A stretch of DNA of 64,000 bases from Setoptus koraiensis (GCA_048013815.1 CM106585.1:3224001-3288000); one strand, 5' to 3'. Counted from the first letter of the stretch, positions 22,804 through 33,208 are shown. Translations and numbers: made by a program. The notes: a model not told the origin generated them from the letters alone.

Positions 22804-24331
22804 GGACCTGTTGCATTTAGGGTCTCCAGAATCAAACTGGTCTGACATACATGAATATAGTATTTTCGTGATCGGAAGAGCCTCCTGAGCACGAATATAC
22901 CAATTGCATCATCCTTTAGTTCGACGTTTAGCCACTAGGCGGCGTTGCTGTTTTTCGCTTTGGGGGCCTCTGGAGCCACTGTCTCTAGTCATAGAGACAC
23001 GTTCCTGATATCGTTGGAAGACGCATCTATAGAGGGTATAATTTTTCCCTAGACTCGAATCCAAGTCCGGGAAAAAATCAAAAGAAAACTTTGGCCCCAT
23101 TTTGTGGGGCCCCAAGAATGTCCGCCCAGAGATTTGACAGCTCATAAAAATAGCCCTATAAGAGAGCTTCAAAATGATATATAATACAACGAAATCAAAT
23201 TGAACGTCGATGACCAAAAATGAAAAAAACCACATACACATCCCCTCGAATTAGAGATAAAAGGCGGATCGGGTGCTCTGTTGATCAGAAGCCAAGCTCG
23301 ATTTCTATAAAAATTGACACGTGGGCTATGAATGGGCCCATGAAGGCGTTCTCGATAGTCCAGAAGTGCCTTAAAGTCTACTTCTCGAGATAGAAAAAAA
23401 CCGGAATCTCGGGCCTCGGAGGGGCCTCAGAACAATTATCATTGCATAGTTGTCTAGATTTATATATCACTTTTGAAGTGGTGTGAAAATTCGCCCTCTG
23501 CGTCGATTCAATCGTTCGAAATCTACTGTTGGTTATGTTGGGTACGCATACGCACTCCTAGAGATGCTGGGAGGCCCAAGGCCGAGTCGACGAAGATCGA
23601 AAAAGGGGTCGGTAGTACTGACAGTACCATTCAATCAGTGAACGAGCGAAGAGTGGCGATATATCACTAATATTCTGATATCAATATGTCATCAAATACC
23701 CAAAAATACCCAGAATAAGGTACCTCTGGTATCTCGGTAACGAAGGATTTCCGCACTTCCGGGATACCCGATCGGATATCAGGGTACAGTACCCTACCCA
23801 AAAATACCGAAAATACCCAACTGGGGCTTGTCCGTCATTCAACGAGACACCGATCCACCATTTGTCTCTATTTTCGGTGGGGGGTGTATGTGGTTTTTTT
23901 CATTTTTGGTCATCGACGTTCAATTTGATTTCGTTGTATTATATATCATTTTGAAGCTCTCTTATAGGGCTATTTTTATGAGCTGTCAAATCTCTGGGCG
24001 GACATTCTTGGGGCCCCACAAAATGGGGCCAAAGTTTTCTTTTGATTTTTTCCCGGACTTGGATTCGAGTCTAGGGAAAAATTATACCCTCTATAGATGC
24101 GTCTTCCAAAGATCTATCCAACGATATCAGGAACGTGTCTCTATGACTAGAGACAGTGGCTCCAGAGGCCCCCAAAGCGAAAAACAGCAACGCCGCCTAG
24201 TGGCTAAACGTCGAACTAAAGGATGATGCAATTGGTATATTCGTGCTCAGGAGGCTCTTCCGATCACGAAAATACTATATTCATGTATGTCAGACCAGTT
24301 TGATTCTGGAGACCCTAAATGCAACAGGTCC
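22804..24331. mobile_element. Spy-like non-autonomous DNA transposon with about 450-bp TIRs
   Basis: GGACC...GGTCC termini with long near-perfect inverted repeats; flanks AAA|TTT with no TSD. Comparison with the uninterrupted paralogous sequence near 36765-36790 supports the site. Confidence 0.78.
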
Positions 24332-24471
24332 TTTCATTAAAACCGGAACCGGAAGTTTCCGCACTTTCGGACCACTCAATTTGTGCTAAGAGAGCCCTAC
24401 GGGCCCCATGTGTGAAGTTCCATCTCAAAAGAAGTGTGGCGCTCTTCGGGACTACACCCGAACCTGCGATA

Positions 24472-24627
24472 GGTCTGAGAACTCGGCCTGCGGCCTCGTG
24501 ATTTGGAGGCCGTCACATCTCCGTCGTCGCTCCCGCGACGACTGCGTGCGATGGGAACCCTTCGGGTAGGGTTGATGAGCGCTTCGCGTATCGGGCTGCG
24601 CCCTCTACCCTCCGCTTACATGACTGC
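24472..24627 (-). other. Conserved structured core, copy 6 (a few stem mutations)
   Basis: Belongs to the outer MITE 21669-24989. Confidence 0.8.
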
Positions 24628-25765
24628 AATCCAGACACAGATGTTTGGAATGGCAGAAGAATACGATAATGCATGGTGCTGCGCATACGTGGCACAGAAT
24701 GAGTCCGCTGGACGCAACCGCACAGACCCGGCCACACCCTCGGTTCAGCTTGAACCTCTTTATCCACCGAACCGGAAGTAATAGAAAATTAATTTTGATG
24801 CCATTATGCTCCGCTAGGTGTCTCCTATCTAATTCCTAAATTTGGGAGCTCTATCTCGATATTTCCGTATCTCCGGAACCGGAAGTTTCCTGGCATCCGG
24901 AATACTAAATTCATAGTATGGGGCCCCCACGGGGCTCTTGTGTGAAGTTTCATCGAGATCCGAGTGGGGACCTCATCGCTACAACACCCCAACTGACATA
25001 CGAACTAAAGAAAAAGATGGAATCCCTCAAAACCCTTATACTAGTTCAAACCAGTGCGACGGACAATCAAATCAATGAAATCATGCGGAATGTTGAGGTA
25101 ATCTCGTCCGTACAAAAGGCACAATCAAATATTACCGACGCACTCTTCCAAGTTTTGTTATATTAGAATCACCTGAGTCATCTCTGTCATCTATACTATC
25201 ATTAGTCAATGACTCGTTCGACGAATCTCCAAATATTCTTTTTATTTCTGAATTGCATGAATCGTCACTGTCATTGGTGTCACTGTCTTCTCTATCAACT
25301 GATTCTTCTAATGAACTCTTTAGAACAGAATTACATGAAATATAGTTTGGAGTCGTATCTTGTTTTTCGTCTTCATCTTCAGAGATACGTATTATTTCCA
25401 CGGGTGATATAGATGATTTACTAACAGTATTCATCATGGATTGGTTATTTCAAAATGTCTTTCTGTGATTTACTCAAGCTGTCAGTTTGTTATTTCATAC
25501 TCGATACAAGTATACTAGTGTATCCAATTATATATATGCATTTATTGTTTTAGTCTTCCAAGATGCGGTTAATTATATTCATAACTGGTACTATTTGTCT
25601 ATAATTGATATTTGTGAACTATAACATTATCATACACCTGCATCCAAACTGATCTAAATTATTGATCTTAATTTGTTGTTATCTCAACTGAAGCTGTCAT
25701 CTAGTGATGTATCAATTATGTTCTAAACAAATATTTTGCCATAAAACACTTTGCCTATGTTTTTA

Positions 25766-26992
25766 TTAGCGCTTAATTTTAATTAAGTTGCTATGAGGGT
25801 GGTGATGATGACTAGGTTTATTCACGTGACAGAACAAATCAGTGCTATTTTTTTTCATGGAGAAATCAGTACAGTGGAGGCGTCGGGAAGTATCTAGTAT
25901 GTTTCATCGTTCTAAATCTATCTAGTTTGTTAGTACAGGGAAAGGTAGGAGGCGGAGCCATAAGAAATCAATTATACAGTGAAAGCTGGGACGCTTACTA
26001 GTAAAAATTAGCAGGGGAGAATGCGAGCTGTTTAGATTTTGGATTTAGCACTAGGGAAGCTACCAAGGCGAAAACTAGGTAAATTCTGTACAATAGAACG
26101 CTTAAATGTTGGTTTATTAAATTTAACACAGGAACAGCTAGGAGGCAGAATCACCAGAAAACATTGATACAAAGAAGGCTGAGATGCAAACTAGGTTGAT
26201 CTAGCACATCAGAAGGCTAGCTGTAGACAATTAGGATCTAGCGCACGGTAAGCTAGTAGTCATGAAACAAGAAGATCACAGTACAGTAGAAGCCACTCAA
26301 GTTGACAAGAGCCTCGCAGCACAAGTTATGCGATGATTAATCGAGCTAGGTGAGAGTGACGAACTTGAAGCTGAGATGCCCACTAGAATAATTAAGCACT
26401 GCAGAAGACTACTACTTGATTGAGATCGGATGCACGAGGATCAAATAACAGCTAGCTTAGATCTAGTGAATCATAATGAGCACAGTGAAAGGCACATAAC
26501 TTGACTGAACAGCGTCATAGCTGAGGATACACAGTTTCTCAGCGATGACATGCACAATAAGCACAGTCAAAGGCACGTTAAAATTTGAACAGCGTCATAG
26601 CTGAGGATGCACGATTTCTCAGCTATGACATGCACAATAAGTACAGTCAAAGGCACGCAAAAATTTACACAGTTTGACAGCTGAGGATGCTCATGTTCTC
26701 AGCTATCACACGCACAATTAGCACGGCCAAAGCTGCATTACTGTACTTTACTGTGTGATAGCTAAGGAGCGGACAGATCCTTGTAATCATGCGTACAATT
26801 AGTCTTTTCCGTGACGAAAGGAGTCACATAGTGGTATAGCTGAGATCTCTAGTTTTCTTAGCTACCACGTATGCATCAATTCATCAATTGCGAGCGCTGA
26901 CAGGTTGTCATAAACTCCTCCTAATCTTTCAACGATAATCGTCCACTTAAAAAATTAAGCGCTCGAAATACTGATTTGATCAGTATTACTTG
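25766..26992 (+). mobile_element. HINE/Helentron-like non-autonomous element, full length
   Basis: 5' subTIR TAGCGCTTAATTTT, 3' subTIR AAAATTAAGCGCT, then stem-loop ATACTGAT-TTG-ATCAGTAT; T-rich flanks, no TSD; about 4 units of an 80-bp internal repeat. Confidence 0.75.
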
Positions 26993-27055
26993 TATGTTAT
27001 ATATGTATGTAATAAATGATATCTATGATGTTTATTTTATGAATTCACAAACGAT

Positions 27056-27239
27056 ACTGACTCAGATTGGCAGTGCTGCCCCCTTATATAGGGGAAGGTG
27101 CAGCACTGCCAAGGGCAGACCCTAGGTGGGTCGCAGGCTCCACTGCAGCTCCTCTATTGAGGAGTAGAGGCTGTAGTGGAGCCTGTTACAGGCGTTTGGG
27201 GGACTCTACAGAGTGACTTTAAGGCCACTCTGTAGAGTC
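27056..27239 (-). promoter_or_regulatory. TATA plus Inr-like promoter embedded in three long hairpins
   Basis: Minus-strand TATATAA (27090-27084) about 32 nt before TCAGT; hairpins at 27067-27112, 27134-27185, 27202-27239. Confidence 0.5.
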
Positions 27240-27253
27240 TTCGTTGTAGTCTA

Positions 27254-28885
27254 TTAGCTGTTGTTGCTTGTTGTTGCACCGGATGTAGTTGGGTTGTCAT
27301 ATGCCAGTTGTCGTTGATAGGATGCTCGTAATTTCTTCCTTACTAATCGTACTTGACTTGAAATAGACATTTCTGGGTCAAGTTTAGTTACCATTGATCG
27401 TATTTCGGAGATGAATGTACTGGCTTCTTCGTTTGGTCCTTGGTACCGTTCATCTAACTGTACTTCAAGACGCTTCAAATGTCGTTGTGTATGGTAAACA
27501 CTAATGAAATGCGCTTTAACAGTTTCCCATGTTGTTGTCTCTGTTGGCCTAAGTTCATAGTAGTACCAATCGTCAGCTGCTTGCTCTAAAAAGGCGGGTA
27601 GGTAACGCACTTTATGCTCAGAGGCCCAGTTGTTAATGGAAGCGCAGCGCTCATATTCGTCGATCCATATGTATGGTGAAGGTTCATGACCATTGAACTT
27701 TCTTGGTTTCTTAACAAGTTTATTAAGGTCGGTAATTGGATCGGGTGTCATTTTGTTATTTGAATTGCACGATTGGGAATCCAGCGTTTGAACAGGATTC
27801 GTTGTTTTAGTCGTGGCGGTTAGTTCTTTGTTTGCATTGTACAATCTTCTATTTGCTACGTGTAGTCGTTCGTTTTCTTCGTTTAGAGCGTTGTATGTTG
27901 AAGTGATGCCTTTACAATACGCTTCGAATATGTCTTTATCTTCACTTTTGGCGTTAGTGCTTCTATGTGATCGCAACAAGTAATCTAGGACGCTGGCGAG
28001 TTGTGTTTCCGTGTATGGTTTATGTGTAGAAGTGCTACTTGATGATGTACCCTCTTTCGCTGACGTTGCTTTTGACTGTTTTTCTTCCTCTTTGTCAATA
28101 GTCATAATCTCCGTTCGTTGGTCCGTTGCTCAGACGTTAGCCGTTGACCGTCGTGTCTTATCCGTTGCCGAAACGTTGGCCGTTGATAGATACGGAGTGA
28201 AGTAAGAAAACTAATTGCGTAGAGGATTGAAGAAATGCAGAGATAATCGCAGAGGCACCGTTTTGCACTGTTGAAGGTAGACTGTCAGTTGAGATTAATT
28301 GCTGCCATTAATTATGTCAGTGGACTCAGTTACGTCGTTGACCCGTTGCCGAGACGTTGGCCGTTGGTCAATAAATGGAATGAGTGTTGACGTTATTCCT
28401 ACGTTGTATAATTTAACATGAAAGTTATGATTCGTCGTAATCGTTTGATTGTATTCTGCTCTCTACGTTGACCCGTTGCCGAGACGTTGGCCGTTGGTCG
28501 TGAATCTCAAGAGATCAAGCAAAATACGATAGTTGAACTGTAAAACGTTGTTTCTATGTCTTCGAATGCATAGAAACTGAATGGTGGTCAACAACTTCGT
28601 TTATTATGTGACGTTGTAGATGAATCGATATTCTTTATTTCTGTAGTGTAAAATTTTTGTTTCTCTGTAGTGTAAATTGGTTATCTTTTACAGACTTTGA
28701 ATCTCGGCAGAACCTCCATGTCAAGCCAGAGAGACTATCAGAGCGAGAAAACGACTGCTTTTTGTGGAGTCTAAACTCTGACTGCCGTTTATTTGTTGCA
28801 TAGGGTAGAAGGTGGACGGGAGGGGAGTGACAAGGGAGTGCGGATAGGGGAGGAGCATGCATGGTCATGCGTATTTGGCATGACA
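27254..28885 (-). mobile_element. gag: Ty3/gypsy element D, 5' part (LTR, tRNA-Gln-type PBS, long leader, truncated gag)
   Basis: LTR TGTCA...TGACA 28885-28719 with AATAAA; PBS TGGAGGTTCTGCCGAGATTC complementary to a tRNA-Gln-type 3' end; gag 28105-about 27280 (VKKPRKFNG...WIDEYERCASINNW) similar to element B gag. Confidence 0.85.
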
Positions 28886-28930
28886 CGTGTGCGTCGTTGA
28901 AACGATGCAGTCGTTGAAATGTGAGTAACC

Positions 28931-28937
28931 CCTCCTC

Positions 28938-28970
<33 letters not shown>

Positions 28971-29254
28971 ACTTTGCAATCATACTTCCCCCGGAACCGA
29001 AACATTTTGGTTTCCCGAAAGCCGCTAGGCGAGTCATTTAATTTTAATGAAAAAACTCAGCCTAATTGCTAATTGGCATCGTTTATGGTTAGAACTGGGG
29101 CGGTATCTGATCGCCTTCGAACCTCTAACTTTCGTTCTTGATTAATGAAAACATTCTAGGCAAATGCTTTCGCTTTAGTTCGTCTTGCATCGGTCTAAGA
29201 ATTTCACCTCTAGCGATGCAGTACGAATGCCCCCGTCTATCCCTCTTAACCATT
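28931..29254 (-). rRNA. 18S rRNA: 18S rRNA gene fragment (about 320 bp, isolated, probably pseudogenic)
   Basis: Conserved SSU motifs: GGTGAAATTCTTAGA, GTTAGAGGTTCGAAGGCGATCAGATACCGCCC, AAACTTAAAGGAATTGACGGAAGGGCACCAC. Confidence 0.92.
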
Positions 29255-29646
29255 GCCTCGATTCGCAAATCTTGTTAACAGTTGAGCTTTCCTGACGGGC
29301 ATCATTCATAGTAGACCTAATCTTCGAAAAATCGATGTATGTTACCTCACCCTTGCGAGTGAGGTAACATACAATCCATAGAAGCAGATTACCAGAATAA
29401 ATGCCACCCAACAGATAACATTATTAGATTTAGCGAACTTGTTTGTTGGTTAGAACCGAGGCCAGTCAGAATTCTTCGTGACGGATCGATAGTGTGACAA
29501 TTCTCCTTAAAAGTATAAAGATCTACGTTCGTAACCTCCCTACGATCTAATTATACATTATTTTATTTACTAGAGTTTATTTATTGATACGGCACTTCGA
29601 CTATAGACATTTCTAGCCTCAGTGTCTGTGGTGGCTAGACCGACAT

Positions 29647-30453
29647 TCAGTTTGGCCAAGTTCTGAGGCGACCCTCGGTGAGCGGGGAGCCTTCCTCGTA
29701 CCATTCAAACGGACAATATCCGTTTGCGATCGGATTGGCCGGTATGCCGCGTTCCAACATTTTGCATCTGTGCTCGTCTAATCTAAACCTAGCATTGTCA
29801 ACATTTTGAGTATCCTTTGTTGCACTCCACAATCGTTCAGCGACCGCCGACGCTCTTGGCCAGGCCAGTTCCAACAATTTGGCCCCATCTACATACTCTG
29901 TCCAAATGCACGCCTCACCACCAAGAACGCGATCCTTTTTAATTGGGTTGTCAGTGAAACTGTGCGGCTCACATTGATAATATTTCTCCCAATCTGGCCC
30001 GTAACTGATGTAATTTAGATACCAGCAAGCGGACAACACCAGAGGATTGCCATACTCTGCCATTGTGTTCATAGTTTCACGCCACGGTTTCGATCCATAA
30101 TCTTTCCACACCTCAACAATTGCATCCACTGGTACCTGTGCTTGATTATCCAACGGGTCTTGCCAAATGATTGTTTTGTAGCCTAATTTTTGTACGTTGT
30201 CGATGGTTTTTGTTACATAAAATGTCTCCAGGTCTTTGGTGCTATTAAAATTGTTCTTAAGCATCCACGAACGAATCTCTGGATTGGACTCCCAACAATC
30301 GTAATAGCTCTCGTCCATACCCAAATGAATATAGGGATCGGGAAATAACTGTTTGACTTCTTGTATGATGTCGCTGACCACTCTATAGGTGTTTTCATTA
30401 ATAGGATTCAATATCTCTTGTTCGGCGTGTCTAGGATAATTGGGCGTGTTGGG
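29647..30453 (-). CDS. GH20 beta-N-acetylhexosaminidase, C-terminal part (5' end in N gap)
   Basis: IHLGMDE catalytic motif, LSACWYLN, VLGGEACIWTEYVD, WPRASAVAERLWS; frame open up to the gap; no introns in this part. Confidence 0.93.
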   Translation of the reverse strand, partial: PNTPNYPRHAEQEILNPINENTYRVVSDIIQEVKQLFPDPYIHLGMDESYYDCWESNPEIRSWMLKNNFNSTKDLETFYVTKTIDNVQKLGYKTIIWQDPLDNQAQVPVDAIVEVWKDYGSKPWRETMNTMAEYGNPLVLSACWYLNYISYGPDWEKYYQCEPHSFTDNPIKKDRVLGGEACIWTEYVDGAKLLELAWPRASAVAERLWSATKDTQNVDNARFRLDEHRCKMLERGIPANPIANGYCPFEWYEEGSPLTEGRLRTWPN

Positions 30454-30955
30454 TTNNNNNNNNNNNNNNNNNNNNNNNNNNNNNNNNNNNNNNNNNNNNN
30501 NNNNNNNNNNNNNNNNNNNNNNNNNNNNNNNNNNNNNNNNNNNNNNNNNNNNNNNNNNNNNNNNNNNNNNNNNNNNNNNNNNNNNNNNNNNNNNNNNNNN
30601 NNNNNNNNNNNNNNNNNNNNNNNNNNNNNNNNNNNNNNNNNNNNNNNNNNNNNNNNNNNNNNNNNNNNNNNNNNNNNNNNNNNNNNNNNNNNNNNNNNNN
30701 NNNNNNNNNNNNNNNNNNNNNNNNNNNNNNNNNNNNNNNNNNNNNNNNNNNNNNNNNNNNNNNNNNNNNNNNNNNNNNNNNNNNNNNNNNNNNNNNNNNN
30801 NNNNNNNNNNNNNNNNNNNNNNNNNNNNNNNNNNNNNNNNNNNNNNNNNNNNNNNNNNNNNNNNNNNNNNNNNNNNNNNNNNNNNNNNNNNNNNNNNNNN
30901 NNNNNNNNNNNNNNNNNNNNNNNNNNNNNNNNNNNNNNNNNNNNNNNNNNNNNNN

Positions 30956-33208
30956 GCTAGGAGGCGGAGTCATAAGAAATCAATTATACAGTGAAAGCTG
31001 GGACGCTAACTAGTAAAAATTAGCAGGGGAGAATGCGAGCTGTTTAGATTTTGGATTTAGCACTAGGGAAGCTACCAAGGCGAAAACTAGGTAAATTCAG
31101 TACAATAGAACGCTTAAATGTTGGTTTATTAAATTTAACACAGGAACAGCTAGGAGGCAGAATCACCAGAAAACATTGATACAAAGAAGGCTGAGATGCA
31201 AACTAGGTTGATCTAGCACATCAGAAGGCTAGCTGTAGACAATTAGGATCTAGCGCACGGTAAGCTAGTAGTCATGAAACAAGAAGATCACAGTACAGTA
31301 GAAGCCACTCAAGTTGACAAGTGTCTCGCAGCACAAGTTATGCGATGATTAATCGAGCTAGGTGAGAGTGACGAACTTGAAGCTGAGATGCCCACTAGAA
31401 TAATTAAGCACTGCAGAAGGCTACTACTTGATTGAGATCGGATGCACGAGAATCAAATAACAGCTAGCTTAGATCTAGTGAATCATAATGAGCACAGTGA
31501 AAGGCACATAACTTGACTGAACAGCGTCATAGCTGAGTATGCACAATTTCTCAGCTATGACACACACAATTAGTACAGTCAAAGGCACGTTAAAATTTGA
31601 ACAGCGCCATAGCTGAGGATGCACGATTTCTCAGCTATGACATGCACAATTGGTACAGTCAAAGGCACGTAAAAATTTGAACAGCGTCATAGCTGGGGAT
31701 GCACAATCTCTCAGCTATGACACACACAATTAGCACAGTCAAAGGCACGTAAAAATTTGAACAGCGTCATAGCTGAGGATGCACAATTTCTCAGCTATGA
31801 CTCACACAATTAGCACAGTCAAAGGCACGAGAAAATTTGAACAGCGTCATAGCTGAGGATTCACGATTTCTCAGCTATGACACACACAATTAGCACAGTC
31901 AAAGGCACGTGAAAATTTGAACAGCGTCATAGCTGAGGATTCACGATTTCTCAGCTATGACACACACAATTAGCACAGTCAAAGGCACGAGAAAATTTGA
32001 ACAGCGTCATAGCTGAGGATTCACGATTTCTCAGCTATGACATGCACAATTAGCACAGTGAAAGGCACATAACTTGACTGAACAGCGTCATAGCTGAGGA
32101 TGCACGATTTCTCAGCTATGACACACACAATTAGCACAGTGAAAGGCACGAGAAAATTTGAACAGCGTCATAGCTGAGGATTCACGATTTCTCAGCTATG
32201 ACATGCACAATTAGCACAGTGAAAGGCACATAACTTGACTGAACAGCGTCATAGCTGAGGATGCACAATTTCTCAGCTATGACATGCACAATTAGCACAG
32301 TCAAAGGCACGTGAAAATTTGAACAGCGTCATAGCTGAGGATTCACGATTTCTCAGCTATGACACACACAATTAGCACAGTCAAAGGCACGTGAAAATTT
32401 GAACAGCGTCATAGCTGAGGATGCACGATTTCTCAGCTATGACACACACAATTAGCACAGTCAAAGGCACGTAAAAATTTGAACAGCGTCATAGCTGAGG
32501 ATGCACAATTTCTCAGCTATGACGCGCACAATTGGTACAGTCAAATGCACTTAACTTGACAGAACAGCGTCATAGCTGGGGATGCACAATCTCTCAGCTA
32601 TGACACACACAATTAGCACAGTCAAAGGCACGTAAAAATTTGAACAGCGTCATAGCTGAGGATGCACAATTTCTCAGCTATGACGCACACAATTAGCACA
32701 GTCAAAGGCACGTAAAAATTTGAACAGCGTCATAGCTGAGGATGCACAATTTCTCAGCTATGACGCGCACAATTGGTACAGTCAAAGGCACTTAACTTGA
32801 CAGAACAGCGTCATAGCTGGGGATGCACAATCTCTCAGCTATGACACACACAATTAGCACAGTCAAAGGCACGCAAAAATTTGAACAGCGTCATAGCTGA
32901 GGATGCACAATTTCTCAGCTATCACACGCGCAATCAATACTGTCAAAGGCACATAACTCAGTCATACCATATGATAGCTAAGGAGCTGACATATCCTTGT
33001 AATCATGCGTTAAATTAGTCTAGTATGCGGCGAAAGGCGTTATATAGTTGTATAGCTGAGATCTCTTGTATTCTCAGCTACCACACTTACATCAATTTAT
33101 CGAATGCGAGCGTTAACAGGTTGTCATAAACTCCTTTGAATCCTCCAACAATACTTGTCCACACAAAAAATTAAGCGCTCGAGATACTGATTTGATCAGT
33201 ATTACTTG
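30956..33208 (+). mobile_element. HINE/Helentron-like element, same subfamily as 25766-26992, with expanded array (5' end in gap)
   Basis: Near-identical to 25960-26992 outside the array; same 3' subTIR and stem-loop. Confidence 0.78.
31491..32960. repeat. 80-82-bp hairpin-containing minisatellite, about 18 units
   Basis: AAAGGCAC recurs at 80-bp period (31741, 31821, 31901); each unit has GTCATAGCTGAG-N12-CTCAGCTATGAC. Confidence 0.93.

Larger units (their letters stand above)
21971..24459 (-). mobile_element. Nested Merlin-family MITE
   Basis: TIRs GGTTATAGTCCCGAAGAGCGACACACT / AGTGTGGCGCTCTTCGGGACTACACCC; TSD GAACCTGC (21963-21970, 24460-24467). Confidence 0.92.
21669..24989 (-). mobile_element. 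Merlin-family MITE (outer), hosting nested elements
   Basis: TIRs GGTTGTTGTAGCGA / TCGCTACAACACCC; TSD CAACTGAC (21661-21668, 24990-24997). Confidence 0.92.
19526..25160 (+). pseudogene. pol-env: Ty1/copia RT-RNaseH fused in frame to env-like domain, interrupted by Merlin MITEs (coding pieces 19526-20088, 21157-21668, 24998-25160)
   Basis: Copia motifs YRELIGSLLY...TRPDI...HWSAAKRILRYLKGT, KKQTIVAQSTAEAEY, IDNQPAI, ELEYVKSEEQKADIMTKSL; the frame continues without a stop into IAVLCLIQLI...VIWRPT...KNPCKQLFSN...CNNRF...DSLCPEK. Confidence 0.88.

Noticed and set aside
22909-24226. Duplicated ORFs 22909-23241, 23828-24226 (and 37188-37490) as a gene family
   Set aside because: They are readings of the Spy-like TIR with non-ATG starts and no protein motifs.
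30361-30994. ORFs spanning the second N gap
   Set aside because: Artefacts of translating Ns.
31491-32960. CRISPR array (palindromic repeats at regular spacing)
   Set aside because: The spacers are near-identical, the whole 80-bp unit repeats, there are no cas genes and the context is eukaryotic; it is a minisatellite.
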